Positions 1-12,100 of a DNA stretch of 64,000 bases are shown here, piece by piece. The translations under genes were made by a program, and so were the position numbers. The notes under the pieces were generated by a model. That model was not told the DNA's origin. It did no database searches and saw only the letters and a program-made list of their open reading frames with translations. The first letter of the stretch is position 1. Every line of letters begins with the position of its first letter. The stretch is from Eledone cirrhosa (lineage: Eukaryota): NCBI GenBank assembly GCA_964016885.1, contig OZ024743.1, positions 353,214,001-353,278,000 of the forward strand. The letters run 5' to 3'.

Positions 1-95
1 AGGATGAAAGGCAAAGTTAACCTCGGCGGGATTTGAACTCAGACTGTAAAGGGACGTAACTATGCTAGAAAACATGGCGTCCAACCCTCTAATGT
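1..95 (-). mobile_element. tRNA-derived SINE, Meta-domain-like family (partial)
   Basis: Reverse complement has box B GAGTTCAAATCCC followed by GCCTTTCATCCT; matches the fuller copy at 2939-3121. Confidence 0.8.
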
Positions 96-1691
96 TATTG
101 GGTACCCACTGAAGATTTATAAGAGCCCACTTGAATAAGTATCTGTTGATCTTATACAAGCTTCTACATAACTTGGTATAATTTCACCCAACTTGTAGAA
201 ATCTTAAAATGAAACGAGTCTTCTGGGAAATGATATATTTGATATATCTCATATGAAATAATACAGCCAATTATCCACACAATACAATATAGTTAGCACC
301 CCAAACGTTTAATTGGGAATATACTCAGGTATTTCCTAATGTTTGTTGAGTGAGTTGGAATTTGGCCGGAGTATCGCATTTAGCTTTCTCCGATTATGTA
401 TTTATATATATATATATACAATGATATTAAATAAATGGAAACTATATTTATAAAACCATATTTATTTTATTATATATATTTCAAGGACAACCAAGACAAC
501 ATTGGTACGCTTTCATCAGATAAAATACAAAGTTGGGTTTATAAATAGAGACGTACCCATGAAAATCATACCTTATCGGTTGGAAATTCACTGGATAGTG
601 GAAATATATTAGGGATTATTCAAACTTATGTGTGAATATGCAAATGAATATATAAATAATTGAACAACAACCGTTTATTTAAATGACACTGGAGAAAGAT
701 AGAGAAGAAAGAGAGAGAGAAAAAAATATTAATATTACGAGAGAAATAGAGAGAAGAAATTAACAAGAGGATGAATAGAACTCATGTAACGTTAATATGG
801 GAAATACATTTTAAGTATATATCTACTAATGGTACGTATATTTATTATTATTTAATTGTTAAAATTCTTTTCTAATATAATATTTACTGTTATAAGTAGA
901 TAGAAAAATAAATAGATATATATAGAAAAATAAATATATATACAATTAGATAGAAAAATATATGGAAAAATAAATAGATAGAAAAATAGATAGAAAAATA
1001 AATAGAAAAATAAATAGAAAAATAAATCAATAAATAGATATATTTCTTTAAATAGATAAATAGATAAATAGATAGATAAATGGATAGATGGGTATATCGT
1101 GTTATAGATAATTGTTTTAATGAGTTACGAGAGATATTGGTTTATATTTAATGTAAGTAATTAAGTTAACTGAGTTAATAAGAATATTTATATTTATATA
1201 TTTTAAATTGGGAAGGTACAGAAAAAACTCCAGTTTTGTTTATTTATTCGTTAGTATGAGACTATTTTGTCAAAATAAGTTTAAATGTTAAAGATATAAA
1301 TGTTGAAAGATATATTTAGCCTGAATTAGTTAGTGGTTATAAATCTAATAAAAGATATTAAAAAATATTAAAAATTCTGGAAAAATTTTTTTAAATAAGA
1401 GATAAGTAAATTTTAAAAATAAGTAATTTTTAAAATATATGAAAAATTTAAGAAATAAAAAATAAAAAATAAAGAATTTAAAAAAAAACCTAAAAAATAT
1501 AAAAATTAAAGTTAAAATTAAAAATTTAAATTAAAAAAATGTTTAAGTTAGGATTATATATGTATATATTATAAGAAATTTTAAGAAGTGAAATTATAGC
1601 AAATATTATAGATATGATTTAGAGATAATAATATATTAAAACAGAGTGGATAAGATTGTTATGGAAATAAGTAGAAATATTATAAGTGTAA

Positions 1692-2540
1692 TTATAATTT
1701 ATATATAGTTCTAAACGTTGAATTTAGGCGATGTTTACAAGAACTAAATAAATTCGTCCGTACATTAATAGAGTTCTTACATTTAAGTATGAAGAAAATT
1801 TCATCAACACACAATTTGCAAAATCTAGATAAAGCTGTGTTTCAGTAGGCAGGTGCTTTTGAAATTATTTCCCAAGTTAAAGAATAGTCCATATTTTTGG
1901 ATTTTAAGTTCCATATCAGGTTTGATAGAGAAGTTGAAGATTTTTTATCAAGTTTTCGGAAAGAGCATTTGTGATTATTCCAGCGACTTTTAAAGTCTGT
2001 AGAAGTTGAACCTACATAGTTAAATATATTATCACTGGTTTTGACTGTGCATTTATAGACCACGTCCTTATCTAAGCACTTATTTTTTAAAGGACAGTTT
2101 GATTTAATTCTACAGTTTCATTTAGCGGAGTTGATGTTATTCGGAACGGTACTATTATGTTGGATATTGCTAGAGATATTACTGCTATTTTGGTTATGGT
2201 TTAAATTTCTATTATTGATTCTATTTATATTTTGTGTTATGTTCATAGTAGTAGAGTAAGATAGTTTTATTGTATGTCTGTTAAAGATTGAGTGGTATCT
2301 ATGGGCTTTTGGAAAACATTTATCTAGTGCTTTAAAGAATAGCTTTGCTAAAGGTGTTTTAACGCTTAATGAGAATGGGGATGAGTACCAAATTATATTT
2401 CTAGTTCTATTTCTTCTGTTAGTTTTAGAGTTTAAGTTAGATTTTTTATTGTAATTATCATTAATAGTAGGGTTATTAGCTTTATCACTGTTGTCGATGT
2501 ATTTAATCTTATTTATATAGCCTGCTCTATTTAATATTTT
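1692..2540 (-). pseudogene. PLE ORF remnant: RT C-terminus, Cys linker and GIY-YIG endonuclease
   Basis: Manual translation in one frame: ...RNIIWYSSPF...IFNRHTIKLSYSTT...AK*NCRIKSNCPLKNKCLDKDVVYKC...NYVGST..FKSRWNNH...WEIISKAPAY*NTALSRFCKLC...SSCKHR; no frameshift, two in-frame TGA (2118-2120, 1842-1844). Confidence 0.9.
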
Positions 2541-2938
2541 ATAAGTTTTTTTTTTTATTCTTTAGTTTTTTTTTTATTTCTTAAATTTTTCATATATTTT
2601 AAAAATTACTTATTTTAAAAAATTACTTATTTTTTTTTTAAATTTACTTATTTCTTATAAATTATTTTTTTTTAATTTTCCCGAATTTTTAATATTTTTT
2701 AATAAAAATGTTTAATATCTTTTATTAGATTTATAACCACTAACTAATTCAGGCTAAATATATCTTTCAACATTTATATCTTTAACATTTAAAGGTATTT
2801 TGACAAAATAGTCTCATATTAACGAATAAATAAACAAAACTGGAGTTTTTTCTGTACCTTCCCAATTTAAAATATATAAATATAAATATTCTTATTAAAT
2901 CAGTTAACTTAATTACTTACATTAAATATAAACCAATA

Positions 2939-3121
2939 AGGGCGGTGAATTGGCAGTATCGGTAGAGGGTCAGACATGCTTTCCAGCGTAGTGACGTCCC
3001 TTTACAATCTGAGTTCAAATCCCGCCGAGGTTAACTTTGCCTTTCATCCTTACGGGGTCGATAAAATAAAGTACCAGTAATGCACTGGGTAATTGCTGGC
3101 CTTGTGCCAATAGTAGAAACA
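2939..3121 (+). mobile_element. tRNA-derived SINE, Meta-domain-like, full length with TSD
   Basis: Box A TGGCAGTATCGG, box B GTTCAAATC, GCCTTTCATCCTTACGGGGTCGATAAAATAAAGTACCAG body; 18-bp TSD ATTAAATATAAACCAATA (2921-2938, 3122-3139); absent from the mirror PLE arm. Confidence 0.92.
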
Positions 3122-3711
3122 ATTAAATATAAACCAATATCCCTCATAACTCATTAAAACAATTATCTATAACACGTTATACCCATCTATCCATTTATCT
3201 ATCTATTTATCTATTTATTGATTTATTTTTCTATTTATTTTTCTATCTATCTATTTTTCTATCTATTTATTTTTCCATATATTTTTCTATCTAATTGTAT
3301 ATATATTTATTTTTCTATATATATCTATTTATTTTTCTATCTACTTATAACAGTAAATATTATATTAGAAAAGAATTTTAACAACTAAATAATAGTAAAT
3401 ATATGTACCATTAGTAGATATATACTTAAAATGTATTCCCCATATTAACGTTACATGAGTTCTATTCATCCTCTTGTTAATTTCTTCTCTCTATTTCTCT
3501 CGTAATATTAATATTTTTTTCTCTCTCTCTTACTTCTTTATCTTTCTCCAGTGTCATTTAAATAAACGGTTGTTGTTCAATTATTTACATATTCATTTGC
3601 ATATTCACACATAAGTTTGAATAATCCCTAATATATTTCCACTATCCAGTGTTTTCCAACCGATAAGGTATGATTTTTATGGGTACGTCTCTATTTATAA
3701 AACAAACTTTG

Positions 3712-3776
3712 TATTTTATCTGATGAAAGCGTACCAATGTTGTCTTGGTTGTCCTTGAAATATATATAATAAAATA
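3712..3776 (+). ncRNA. Minimal type I hammerhead ribozyme in PLE terminus (mirror copy 463-527, minus strand)
   Basis: Stem I TATTTTAT/ATAAAATA, CTGATGA, stem II AAG...CTT, GAAA, palindromic stem III TATATA, ATA cleavage triplet. Confidence 0.82.
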
Positions 3777-3938
3777 AATATGGTTTTATAAATATAGTTT
3801 CCATTTATTTAATAGCATTGAATATTTACTCCAGTTAGCTGTTGAGTGCTCTAAATCAGTTATAAACATTTATGTTTGTCGGACTTCCAACAAATTAAAT
3901 ACAACTTCTACTGAATACTATATGTATAGTAAAAAGTC

Positions 3939-4774
3939 GGGTTAAGATATAGCCACATGTTGAACGGAGAGCGGGAGAGAAAAGAAGAAAGAGGGTCTAA
4001 AGCATGAAATGAGAAACGAGAGAGGTATAGCGAGAGAGAAGAGAAGAGGAAAGCGGGAATGAATTCGAAGGAGCAGAACTTTTGGAGAATTGCGAAAAAG
4101 GATAAAAATAATGGAGAAAACTGAATTAACAAGAAAAATAGAACTTTCGCGTCATATGAATCATCAGCTTCCTTGTATACCAGCATAGCCCACGCAACAG
4201 AACCTAAATTTCTGTTGTTCTGACGCTGGAATAGGGGAATAAGAGAGCAGTGGGACACGTCTATACCTAGCCACGGTCGACAGGAAAAGAGGCTATCTAT
4301 TATTCTGGTGGGAAGAGCAGCAGCAGTAGGTGACAAGAGAGCGTAAGTATCAACAGCAGCAGTAGTAATAACAATAATAACAAGGGAGAGGTGATAGCGG
4401 GAGAAACAAAAGTAAATAGATAGAGGGGACGAGAGAGAAACAAAATAGGTAAATAGATAAAGATATAAAGAGTTACCTGTTTCTGGCACCATATCCGTTC
4501 AATTTTGAAAGCCAACACGATTCAAATTATGCATGTAAACATTTTTTGAAAAAGTTTGAAGCGATGAGTGTATATGAATTTTCATAAAATTGTAATATTC
4601 TCAGCACGAAATACTATATATATATATGGTAAAATCTCAGGTTAAGATATAACCACATGTTGAACGGAGAGTAGGAGAGAAAGGAAGAAATAGAGTCTAA
4701 AGCATAAGATGAGAAATGAGGGGTATAGAGTGAGAGGAGAGAAGAGGAGAGGTGAAGAGGAAAGCGGGAATGAG
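3939..4774 (+). repeat. Unclassified element with diverged ~130-bp direct repeat (3939-4070 and 4640-4774)
   Basis: GGTTAAGATATARCCACATGTTGAACGGAGAG...GAGGAAAGCGGGAATGA occurs twice, each preceded by TACTATAT...GTAAAA. Confidence 0.6.
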
Positions 4775-4804
4775 ATATTTATATATATATATATATATAT
4801 ATAT

Positions 4805-4966
4805 AGTAATAATAATAAATTTGAAGACTAAAATTCAAAGAGGGCTCGATAAGGATAAATATATATCAAATATATAAGAACCGTAGAGCAAATATTTATT
4901 AAAATAACAGATTAAAGTTTAAGCAAAGAATCTCTGCTTTCACCCTTTAACGGGATCTTCTGAAAC

Positions 4967-4968
<2 letters not shown>
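4805..4968 (-). mobile_element. Solo PLE 3' terminus (hammerhead plus tail), same family as 28050-30775
   Basis: Near-identical reverse complement of about 30612-30775; flanked by (TA)n on both sides. Confidence 0.88.
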
Positions 4969-5020
<52 letters not shown>

Positions 5021-5021
<1 letters not shown>

Positions 5022-5470
5022 GATATTAACAAATGGAAACTATATTTATAAAACCATATCTATTTTATTATACATATTTCAAGGATACCATGTTAAATTA
5101 TGGTATGCTTTCATCAGACAAAATACAATATATACCAGTTTTATAAATAAATATTGACATACCCTTACAAAATGCAACCGTTAGTTTTGGAAGACATATC
5201 CCGATGTCTTCCAAAACTAACGGTTGCATTTTGTAAGGGTATGTCAATATTTATTTATAAAACTGGTATATATTGTATTTTGTCTGATGAAAGCATACCA
5301 TAATTTAACATGGTATCCTTGAAATATGTATAATAAAATAGATATGGTTTTATAAATATAGTTTCCATTTATTAATATCGTATATATACTCCAAATACTT
5401 GTCGAGTGCTTTATATCAGTTATAAAAATATTTGCTTGTTGTATCCCAACAATTTAAATAGAACTTTTGC
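5021..5470. mobile_element. Short palindromic PLE twin with tail
   Basis: Arms 5021-5197 and 5204-5380 are an almost perfect inverted repeat with a 6-nt spacer; the tail 5388-5470 is on one arm only; lies within (TA)n; homologous to the terminus of the 417-3908 element. Confidence 0.92.
5276..5340 (+). ncRNA. Type I hammerhead ribozyme
   Basis: TATTTTGT-CTGATGA-AAG-C-ATACCA...TGGTAT-C-CTT-GAAA-TATGTATA-ATAAAATA. Confidence 0.82.
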
Positions 5471-5849
5471 ATATATATATATATATATATATATATGAAG
5501 TTAGACCCGGTTGGTTTTGTAATGTTTAATGAGCAAACATTGATTCTGTAAAAGGATGATAATCCAGTCTTCAATTTCTGCTTTTGTTTCAAAGCTTAGA
5601 ACTATTGTTTTACTTTCTGTGCAAGGTTTACGTGTTCTCAATCTAATCTTGTTGATTTTAGAGAAATCAAATATTTTTACTTTCAATTATTATTTCTTTG
5701 TGCGAAAATTAGAAACCATTATCATTTTCTCTTTTGTTTGATTAATTAAATATATTTCGCTATTGTGTACTTATTTTTTAAACTTAAGCTTCTTCATTGT
5801 GGATATGTATTGAACCTTGGTGATTTTTTTCAATTAATATATATATATA

Positions 5850-6070
5850 GTGAAGGCGCGTAGCTGAGTGGTTAGAGAATTGGATTCGCAATCGTGAGGT
5901 TGTGAGTTCGATTCCCAGACCGGGTGATGCGTTATGTCTTTGAGCAAGACACTTTATTTCACGTTGCTCCTTCTACCTGTAGTTGCGACCGATAGATAGT
6001 ATTATCAATTGGAAAAACCGATGGAAGCATTCTTTCCTCGGTCCGATTTGACGAAAGTCGATCTACTGTC
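5850..6070 (+). mobile_element. tRNA-derived CORE-like SINE (related copy ~51060-51300)
   Basis: Box A TAGCTGAGTGG, box B GTTCGATTC, CORE-like TGTCTTTGAGCAAGACACTT; followed by (TA)n/(TG)n. Confidence 0.85.
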
Positions 6071-6071
6071 G

Positions 6072-6162
<91 letters not shown>

Positions 6163-6730
6163 ATATCTGTATATATATGTTGGTAGATATACTAATTCTT
6201 TATAATTATCTCCAAATTATTTTGTTGAGCAAAAATTTGCCAAAACTGCTGCTATAGTTCATAGTAATGGTTCGGATGCTGTCTTCTTAACACACCACTC
6301 CTCACTGATTAACATCGATGTCACGTGATTGATTCTTTTGAATTTGCCACCGACCAAGTAGGCAGTGATTTTTTCAATGTCTTGGAACTTAGTCCACGCT
6401 TTGCTTTTTTCCATCCACTGAATTATTTTTGTATAAGTTCCCTGTGTCCACGCATTGCTTGGGAACTTAGCTGAGAATAGACTTCCCTGATGACGAAAGG
6501 ATTTCTCCATGTTGTTCCATTCGGAGACCATGTTTATTCCCTTTCAGAAACTAATTAGTTGGAGTGAAATTTTAGTAAGTAAGTTAATTTTTATAATTTT
6601 CTTATTTTACGTCTTTCATATTATTGTTCTGCATCCCCTTGCATTGAACGACAAAGTTACTAAGACAAAACCTATATATTTGCTAGCATAGGTATGCATC
6701 TGTATATATATGTTGGTAGATATACTAATT

Positions 6731-6764
<34 letters not shown>

Positions 6765-6860
6765 TACACACGCACTCATTTATTTATTTATATATATATA
6801 TAATATTCAATCGTCATTATGGAGCTTGTAGTATACATGTGTGCGTTTATGTATGTATGC

Positions 6861-6918
<58 letters not shown>

Positions 6919-7587
6919 GTGTGTGTATGTAATGTACACAATTATATATGTACATATATGGTATTCCTTGGATTTTCAAAGAACTAGTAGTTTAATAGAT
7001 GTTATTGATAAAGGCACGTATTCTCCGTTATCGGAAGTTGTATGCACGGCCCTTGATAATCCAACTTGTATTATAATATATATTGTATATATATATATAT
7101 ATATATATAATCTCTATGTTTACATATCGAGGGTGCATTCTTTCGTAAATGGGAATCCCTCTCAAGAATTACGCGTGTGTGTGAGAGAGAGTGTGTGTCT
7201 GTGTGTCTGTGTGTGTGCGTACGTGCAATATAAATTCTAACCAAACTTTAAAATCCGAACTTTTTGTTCACTTACAAATATTTCAAACATGAGTTACCAC
7301 CCACGACAATCTAGGTTTTTTTTCATTATTTTTTTTCTACTAAACAACTAAGGGTGTTTTTGTTCATGCTGTTGGTGGTGGTGTTAGTGGTGGTGATGGC
7401 GGTGGTAGGAACACCGATTTTCTTTTAATCTCACGTCATCATGGAAGGTGGGATGGTGAGAATGTGAGAGAGAGCGGTGATGGCGGTGATGGTACTGGTG
7501 GTGCGGAAATTCTATTTTAAAACTTACACTGTAACAAGTCTTTTTAGAAAGGAGATGGTAAGAGTGTAGGTGTATGTATAAGGGTAA

Positions 7588-7872
7588 AGACCCCCTTCGG
7601 TCACAAATGAACATGGGTTTTGCACCTAGAAAGTTCCTCTGAAGCACATGCTCAGACAACGTGTAGTAGTCCATACATACCAGTCTGCCCCTCCAAACCG
7701 ATGTCGTCCAGGGAAATAGAAAATCTGATATAGCTTGGCCCCGGTGATATCGCAATTAATTTCTAAAGTTGCTTGAACTAGAGCTACGTGATATAGTGTC
7801 TTGTTCAAAGACCCAAGCAACTCACAACCCTATGGTTGTAACCCAGTTCTAACCACTAAACCACGTGCCTTC
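7588..7872 (-). mobile_element. CORE-like SINE, diverged
   Basis: Reverse complement aligns by eye to 12918-13255. Confidence 0.7.
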
Positions 7873-8042
7873 GTACACACATGTTTAAATTCTGCTTTGT
7901 ATATATTTTGTAAATTCTTTATATATATATATAAACATTTCTAAACTGAATTCATACAGTATAATATTAAACATCTGTACCATCATATATGGTATATCTA
8001 TTCTAAACTGAATACATTCAATATAATTTTAAACATCTATAT

Positions 8043-8464
8043 CTCCTTATAATATATAACCAGCAATTTCTCTGTCTGTCTGTCCGACAGTGGAAACACG
8101 TGCGCGCGTGCGAATGTTTTTTGCGCACGCGTAGAGAGAGAGTGAGAGTGAAAGAAAGAGACAGACTACGAGGGGGGATAGCGGGAGGGAGAGAGGGAGA
8201 GAGAGAGAGAGTGAATAGACGCTAAAACACGTGCGCGCGTGCAAATGTTTTTTGCGCACGCGTAGAGAGAGAGTGAGAGTGAAAGAAAGAGACAGACTAC
8301 AAGAGGGGGATAGGGGGAATTGAGGAGTGCTACAGAAACATATATACATTTCTGTGTGTGTGTAATATATATATATATACACACACAGAAATATATATAC
8401 ATTTCTGTGTGTGTAATATATATATATATATACACACAGAAATATATATACATTTCTGTGTGTG

Positions 8465-8515
<51 letters not shown>

Positions 8516-8594
8516 GAAATATATATACATTTCTGTGTGTGTAATATATATATATACTAGCAGAAAACCACCCGGTAGGCGGTTTTCTGCTAGT
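8043..8594 (+). mobile_element. Non-autonomous Helitron-like element ending in a palindromic CTAG hairpin
   Basis: 5' TC...TATAATATATAA followed by (GTCT)n; internal duplication and minisatellite; end ACTAGCAGAAAACC-N11-GGTTTTCTGCTAGT. Confidence 0.6.
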
Positions 8595-9457
8595 CTATAT
8601 ATCTAAAACAGAGAATGTCTGTCTGTCTGACCCCCTAAAACTCGAGAACCACCGAACCGATTTTTTTCAAACTTTACACATGTAATACTTATGGTCATGT
8701 GAGTGTTTTGAGCAAAACATATTTCAAATTTTCAATGCCCTAGGGACCGCATTAAGCGAAAAACCACATATTTTAGGCTTTGAGGGCTTTTTTGAGGCAT
8801 AACAGAACAATAATCCAGGGCGATTTCTTCAAAATTTGCATTACTTATGTCGTTTAAAGTGTTTTGAGAAAAAAAGATTTTCTCATTTTTTACCCCAGGG
8901 ACCGCATTGGGCGAAAAACCGATTTTTAAAACCCATTTTGGTTGCGTTAGGGTCTGTAACTCGAGAAGTACCCAACGGAATTTTTTTAAAGTTTGCATAT
9001 GCATTACTTATGTTTCACAAATCTTCTTGATTTAAAAAGATTTCAAATATGTGTCCGGGGACCGCATTGTTTAACCTTTTGGTTGCGTTAGGGCTTGTAA
9101 CCTTAAAAGTATCCAACTATATTCCTTCATGCTCTCCACCACTGCAGTCCCACATGCTTACTGCTCTGTAACTATTGCTTTCATTGTACCATAGCACAAC
9201 AAATACATGTTCGGTTTGTCGAATGCCTTTTTACTTAACCCTATCGTCTTGGCTTTCGTGGGTTGAACATTTTACTCTCAAGCACCCAATTAAGTTAAAC
9301 CCCTGGTAATCTACGACGAATTTTTTTTATAAGCACAAAATGTAGACACCATCCCCAGGCCGAGGTATTCCGTACTTCTCTGTACTGTTTCAGAAAGGAG
9401 AGATAAACATGCCAATCTATGTTTAGAATCCCGAGCAACGCCGGGCCATTCTGCTAG
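8594..9457 (+). mobile_element. Non-autonomous Helitron
   Basis: 5' TCTATATATCTAAAA with (GTCT)n; 3' hairpin CCCG-AGCAACGC-CGGG then CTAG followed by T. Confidence 0.88.
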
Positions 9458-10165
9458 TATAATATAATAATATATTGGTTGGCTGGCTGGTTGGTTGAAT
9501 CACACGAAAACTACACACACACACACAAATACATACACACACACATCTAAAGAAATAAACACAGGGGGAGGGGTAGAAAGAGAGAGATAGGCCGTTATAC
9601 AGAGAGAGAGATACAATTAAAGTGTTAAATATTCAGAGAGAGAGAAAGAGAGAGACAGATAGAGTGACGCCCCACAAAAGTCTAGAATCGGCTTAAACTA
9701 TAGATCCTATAGGTTTAACAAGCGCTAGCTTTTATAAAGTCGTTTTACAGTCTTTTATTTTACAGAACAAAGAAAAACTGATACTATTTGAAATTAATCT
9801 ACCCTCCATCTTTTATCTATATACTACTTACAGACCTTACTCAACGAAGCTAAACACTTCAGAAGCAATGTTATGCAGTATATTGATGTGTTTCAGATGG
9901 CGTCCTTTGGAGGTGAAAAAGATCATACTGACTATGGTTCTTTCACAACATTTAAAATCCAAGGCCAATGCTACCATTTAATCGGCAGTTTACTCCCCCA
10001 GCTTAATAAGGAAGTTTTATGATTGTTTTTATTATGTCTCTCTCTCACACACACACACACATTATGGTCTCACTTCATACCATACAACACATCCAATACA
10101 GTCGTTTTCTCTTTTATCCGTCTTCTCTTAACTATTCTCCCGGGCGAAGCCGGGTACGTCAGTTA
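9458..10165 (+). mobile_element. Helitron deletion derivative
   Basis: Starts directly after the previous CTAG; 3' hairpin CCCGG-GCGAAG-CCGGG with degenerate terminus; contains a RepHel coding fragment. Confidence 0.75.
9846..10010 (+). pseudogene. Helitron RepHel N-terminal fragment
   Basis: Translates EAKHFRSNVMQYIDVFQMASFGG...TFKIQGQCYHLIGSLLP, matching the conserved Helitron F..NIR.YN..FQM.SFG...FKIQGQ.YH.IGSLLP block. Confidence 0.85.
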
Positions 10166-11974
10166 TATTTTAAAGTTTACTTGGCTTTTCCCTTCATTTT
10201 CTATTCTATCCCATATTACTATTCATTGTGATTCTTTGTCACTTACCATTTTTACTATCTTCTAATAATTTTTTATAGATTGACTATGGTTATTTTACAA
10301 TAGTTTCTTAATCTACAATCCTATTCACTGTCTCTATGTCTAGGAGAGTGCATCTATGCTTGTGTATGTGTGGTTTGCAGGTATATTGTACGCAGGTATG
10401 GCCAATCTCTTCGCAATCATGAGCTCCGGGGTTTAATCCCACTTATGTCATCTAAGGCAAGTGACTTTAACCGTAGCCTCAGGAAGTGCGTGACCTAGTG
10501 ATAAGGATGCTGGAGTTACAATCATAATGGACTGGGTTGTGTGTTGTGTTCTTAAGAAAAACACTTCATTTCACGTTGCCTCAATATACTCAACTGAAAA
10601 TGAGTACCAGCTTTAGCTGGGAGTTTAATCCTGTGATGGACTGGTGTTCTGTCTAAGAGAAAGTTTTGCCACGGAACCAGGATAAGCACTGGTCGGATGA
10701 ACCTTCGGGTTCGAAACAGACTTTAGACATTTCAGGTCAATCCAGATCTTGTCAGTGAAATTAGGTAGACAGAAGTTGTTTAGAAGGTCCCCATTGGAAA
10801 GATTATACAGGTAATTCAAAGGTTCGCCCTTGTTACGTATTATGTTATGCTGATTCGGCACTTGAATTATGTTAAAGGTACAACATGTTTGTGGAATGTT
10901 CAGCCACTTGCACGTTGTATTTTCGTCGTCGAAATTAACTGCGAGTCCATCATTGTGAGTGCATTATATCAATATCTGTTTTAAAACTGAGTTTAAAACG
11001 GTGAATGTAACATTTTGGTTTTTCTGTATAATGTTTTTCAGTTCACGTGTTTAGCATATTGTTTTCTCAAGCTGTACTTTATAATTAGAATAACATATAT
11101 ATTGATGATGCCTGCTATCTTATATCTTATGTTATCTTATTTCTCGTATTACCGTCAAATATTTACCTTAATTTAACTTTTCTATTTTAAAAAATGACTG
11201 CCTCGAAAAATCAAATTTTGTTTACATATGATATTCATTACATGTTTTAATCTATTTCTAAGGATATTTCTCAGATTCCTTGAGTTCAGTATCTGTGTTA
11301 ATATGCTATGTTTGTATTGGTTTCTTGCTTTCTATGTAAACATTAGCATATTTATCTTGTTTCGGTTTCGGTTGCATCTGACTGCCATAATTTGTTTATG
11401 GTTTAGATCGTTCACATAAATCTTTATGTGTGTGCATGTGTGTGTATGCATGCGTGTATGTATGTACGTACGTATGTATGTATGTACGTACGTACGTATG
11501 TATGTTGTTATTATTATTATTGTTGTTGTTATGGTTTTTTTCTTCTTTTCTCGTGCAATGGCCATACTCGATAACGAGGGGGCAGCCATCATTTATGTAT
11601 GTATCTATGTTTGGGTGTTTGTTTGTATAAAGCAATACAAACTTATGATTATACTCATATATTTACTATAATAAATGTGGGATGAATCCCTACCACCCTA
11701 AGGACAACTGACGCTGCACACCAGGTCCGAACACGTAAGAGCCGAACTCCCAGTCATTGCTTCTCCCGGTCCCGGCGAACAGAATGGAGATGGCGTTTCC
11801 CCGGAGGATGGCAAGGGAGGTGCGCTGGAAGAGCCATTCCATCTCGCGAGGCTCACATCTGCGATGCAGAGACGGGGGGGGGGGGGATTAGTCAATTACA
11901 AAAACGTCAAATGACACATATTTGACAAATTAAGGCAGGGTATCATCGACACTGCCCCTAATAACACTACAGAT

Positions 11975-12100
11975 ATAATTATAGTTAACTTCCTTGATAT
12001 TACTTTAAATATAACCACTAACTTACAAACCCCATTTATTAAACCTATTGAAACCCTTACTAATATCAACAAAGGTTCATGCCACTCATCCACCTATTTT
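11975..12100 (+). pseudogene. PLE reverse transcriptase fragment
   Basis: Translates IVNFLDITLNITTNLQTPFIKPIETLTNINKGSCH, collinear with VVNFLDVTLELSTGLYKPYHKPGECLSYINYASNH of the 25915-27980 ORF. Confidence 0.75.

Larger units (their letters stand above)
417..3908. mobile_element. Penelope-like element, inverted twin insertion (long minus-strand copy fused to a plus-strand 3' copy with tail)
   Basis: About 417-1530 is the reverse complement of about 2545-3825; RT-thumb/GIY-YIG remnant lies between; hammerhead motif in both arms; left end abuts (TA)n; the ~85 bp tail (3826-3908) is only on the right arm. Confidence 0.9.

Noticed and set aside
3908-4518. 194-aa and 72-aa hydrophobic ORFs
   Set aside because: Low-complexity antisense translations of purine-rich repeat sequence; no domain.
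6487-6498. CTGATGACGAAA hammerhead-like string
   Set aside because: No stem II and no convincing stems I or III.
6710-8606. Many YI/CV-repeat ORFs (also 11332-11671, 25023-25338, 56730-57608)
   Set aside because: Artefacts of (TA)n/(TG)n microsatellites.
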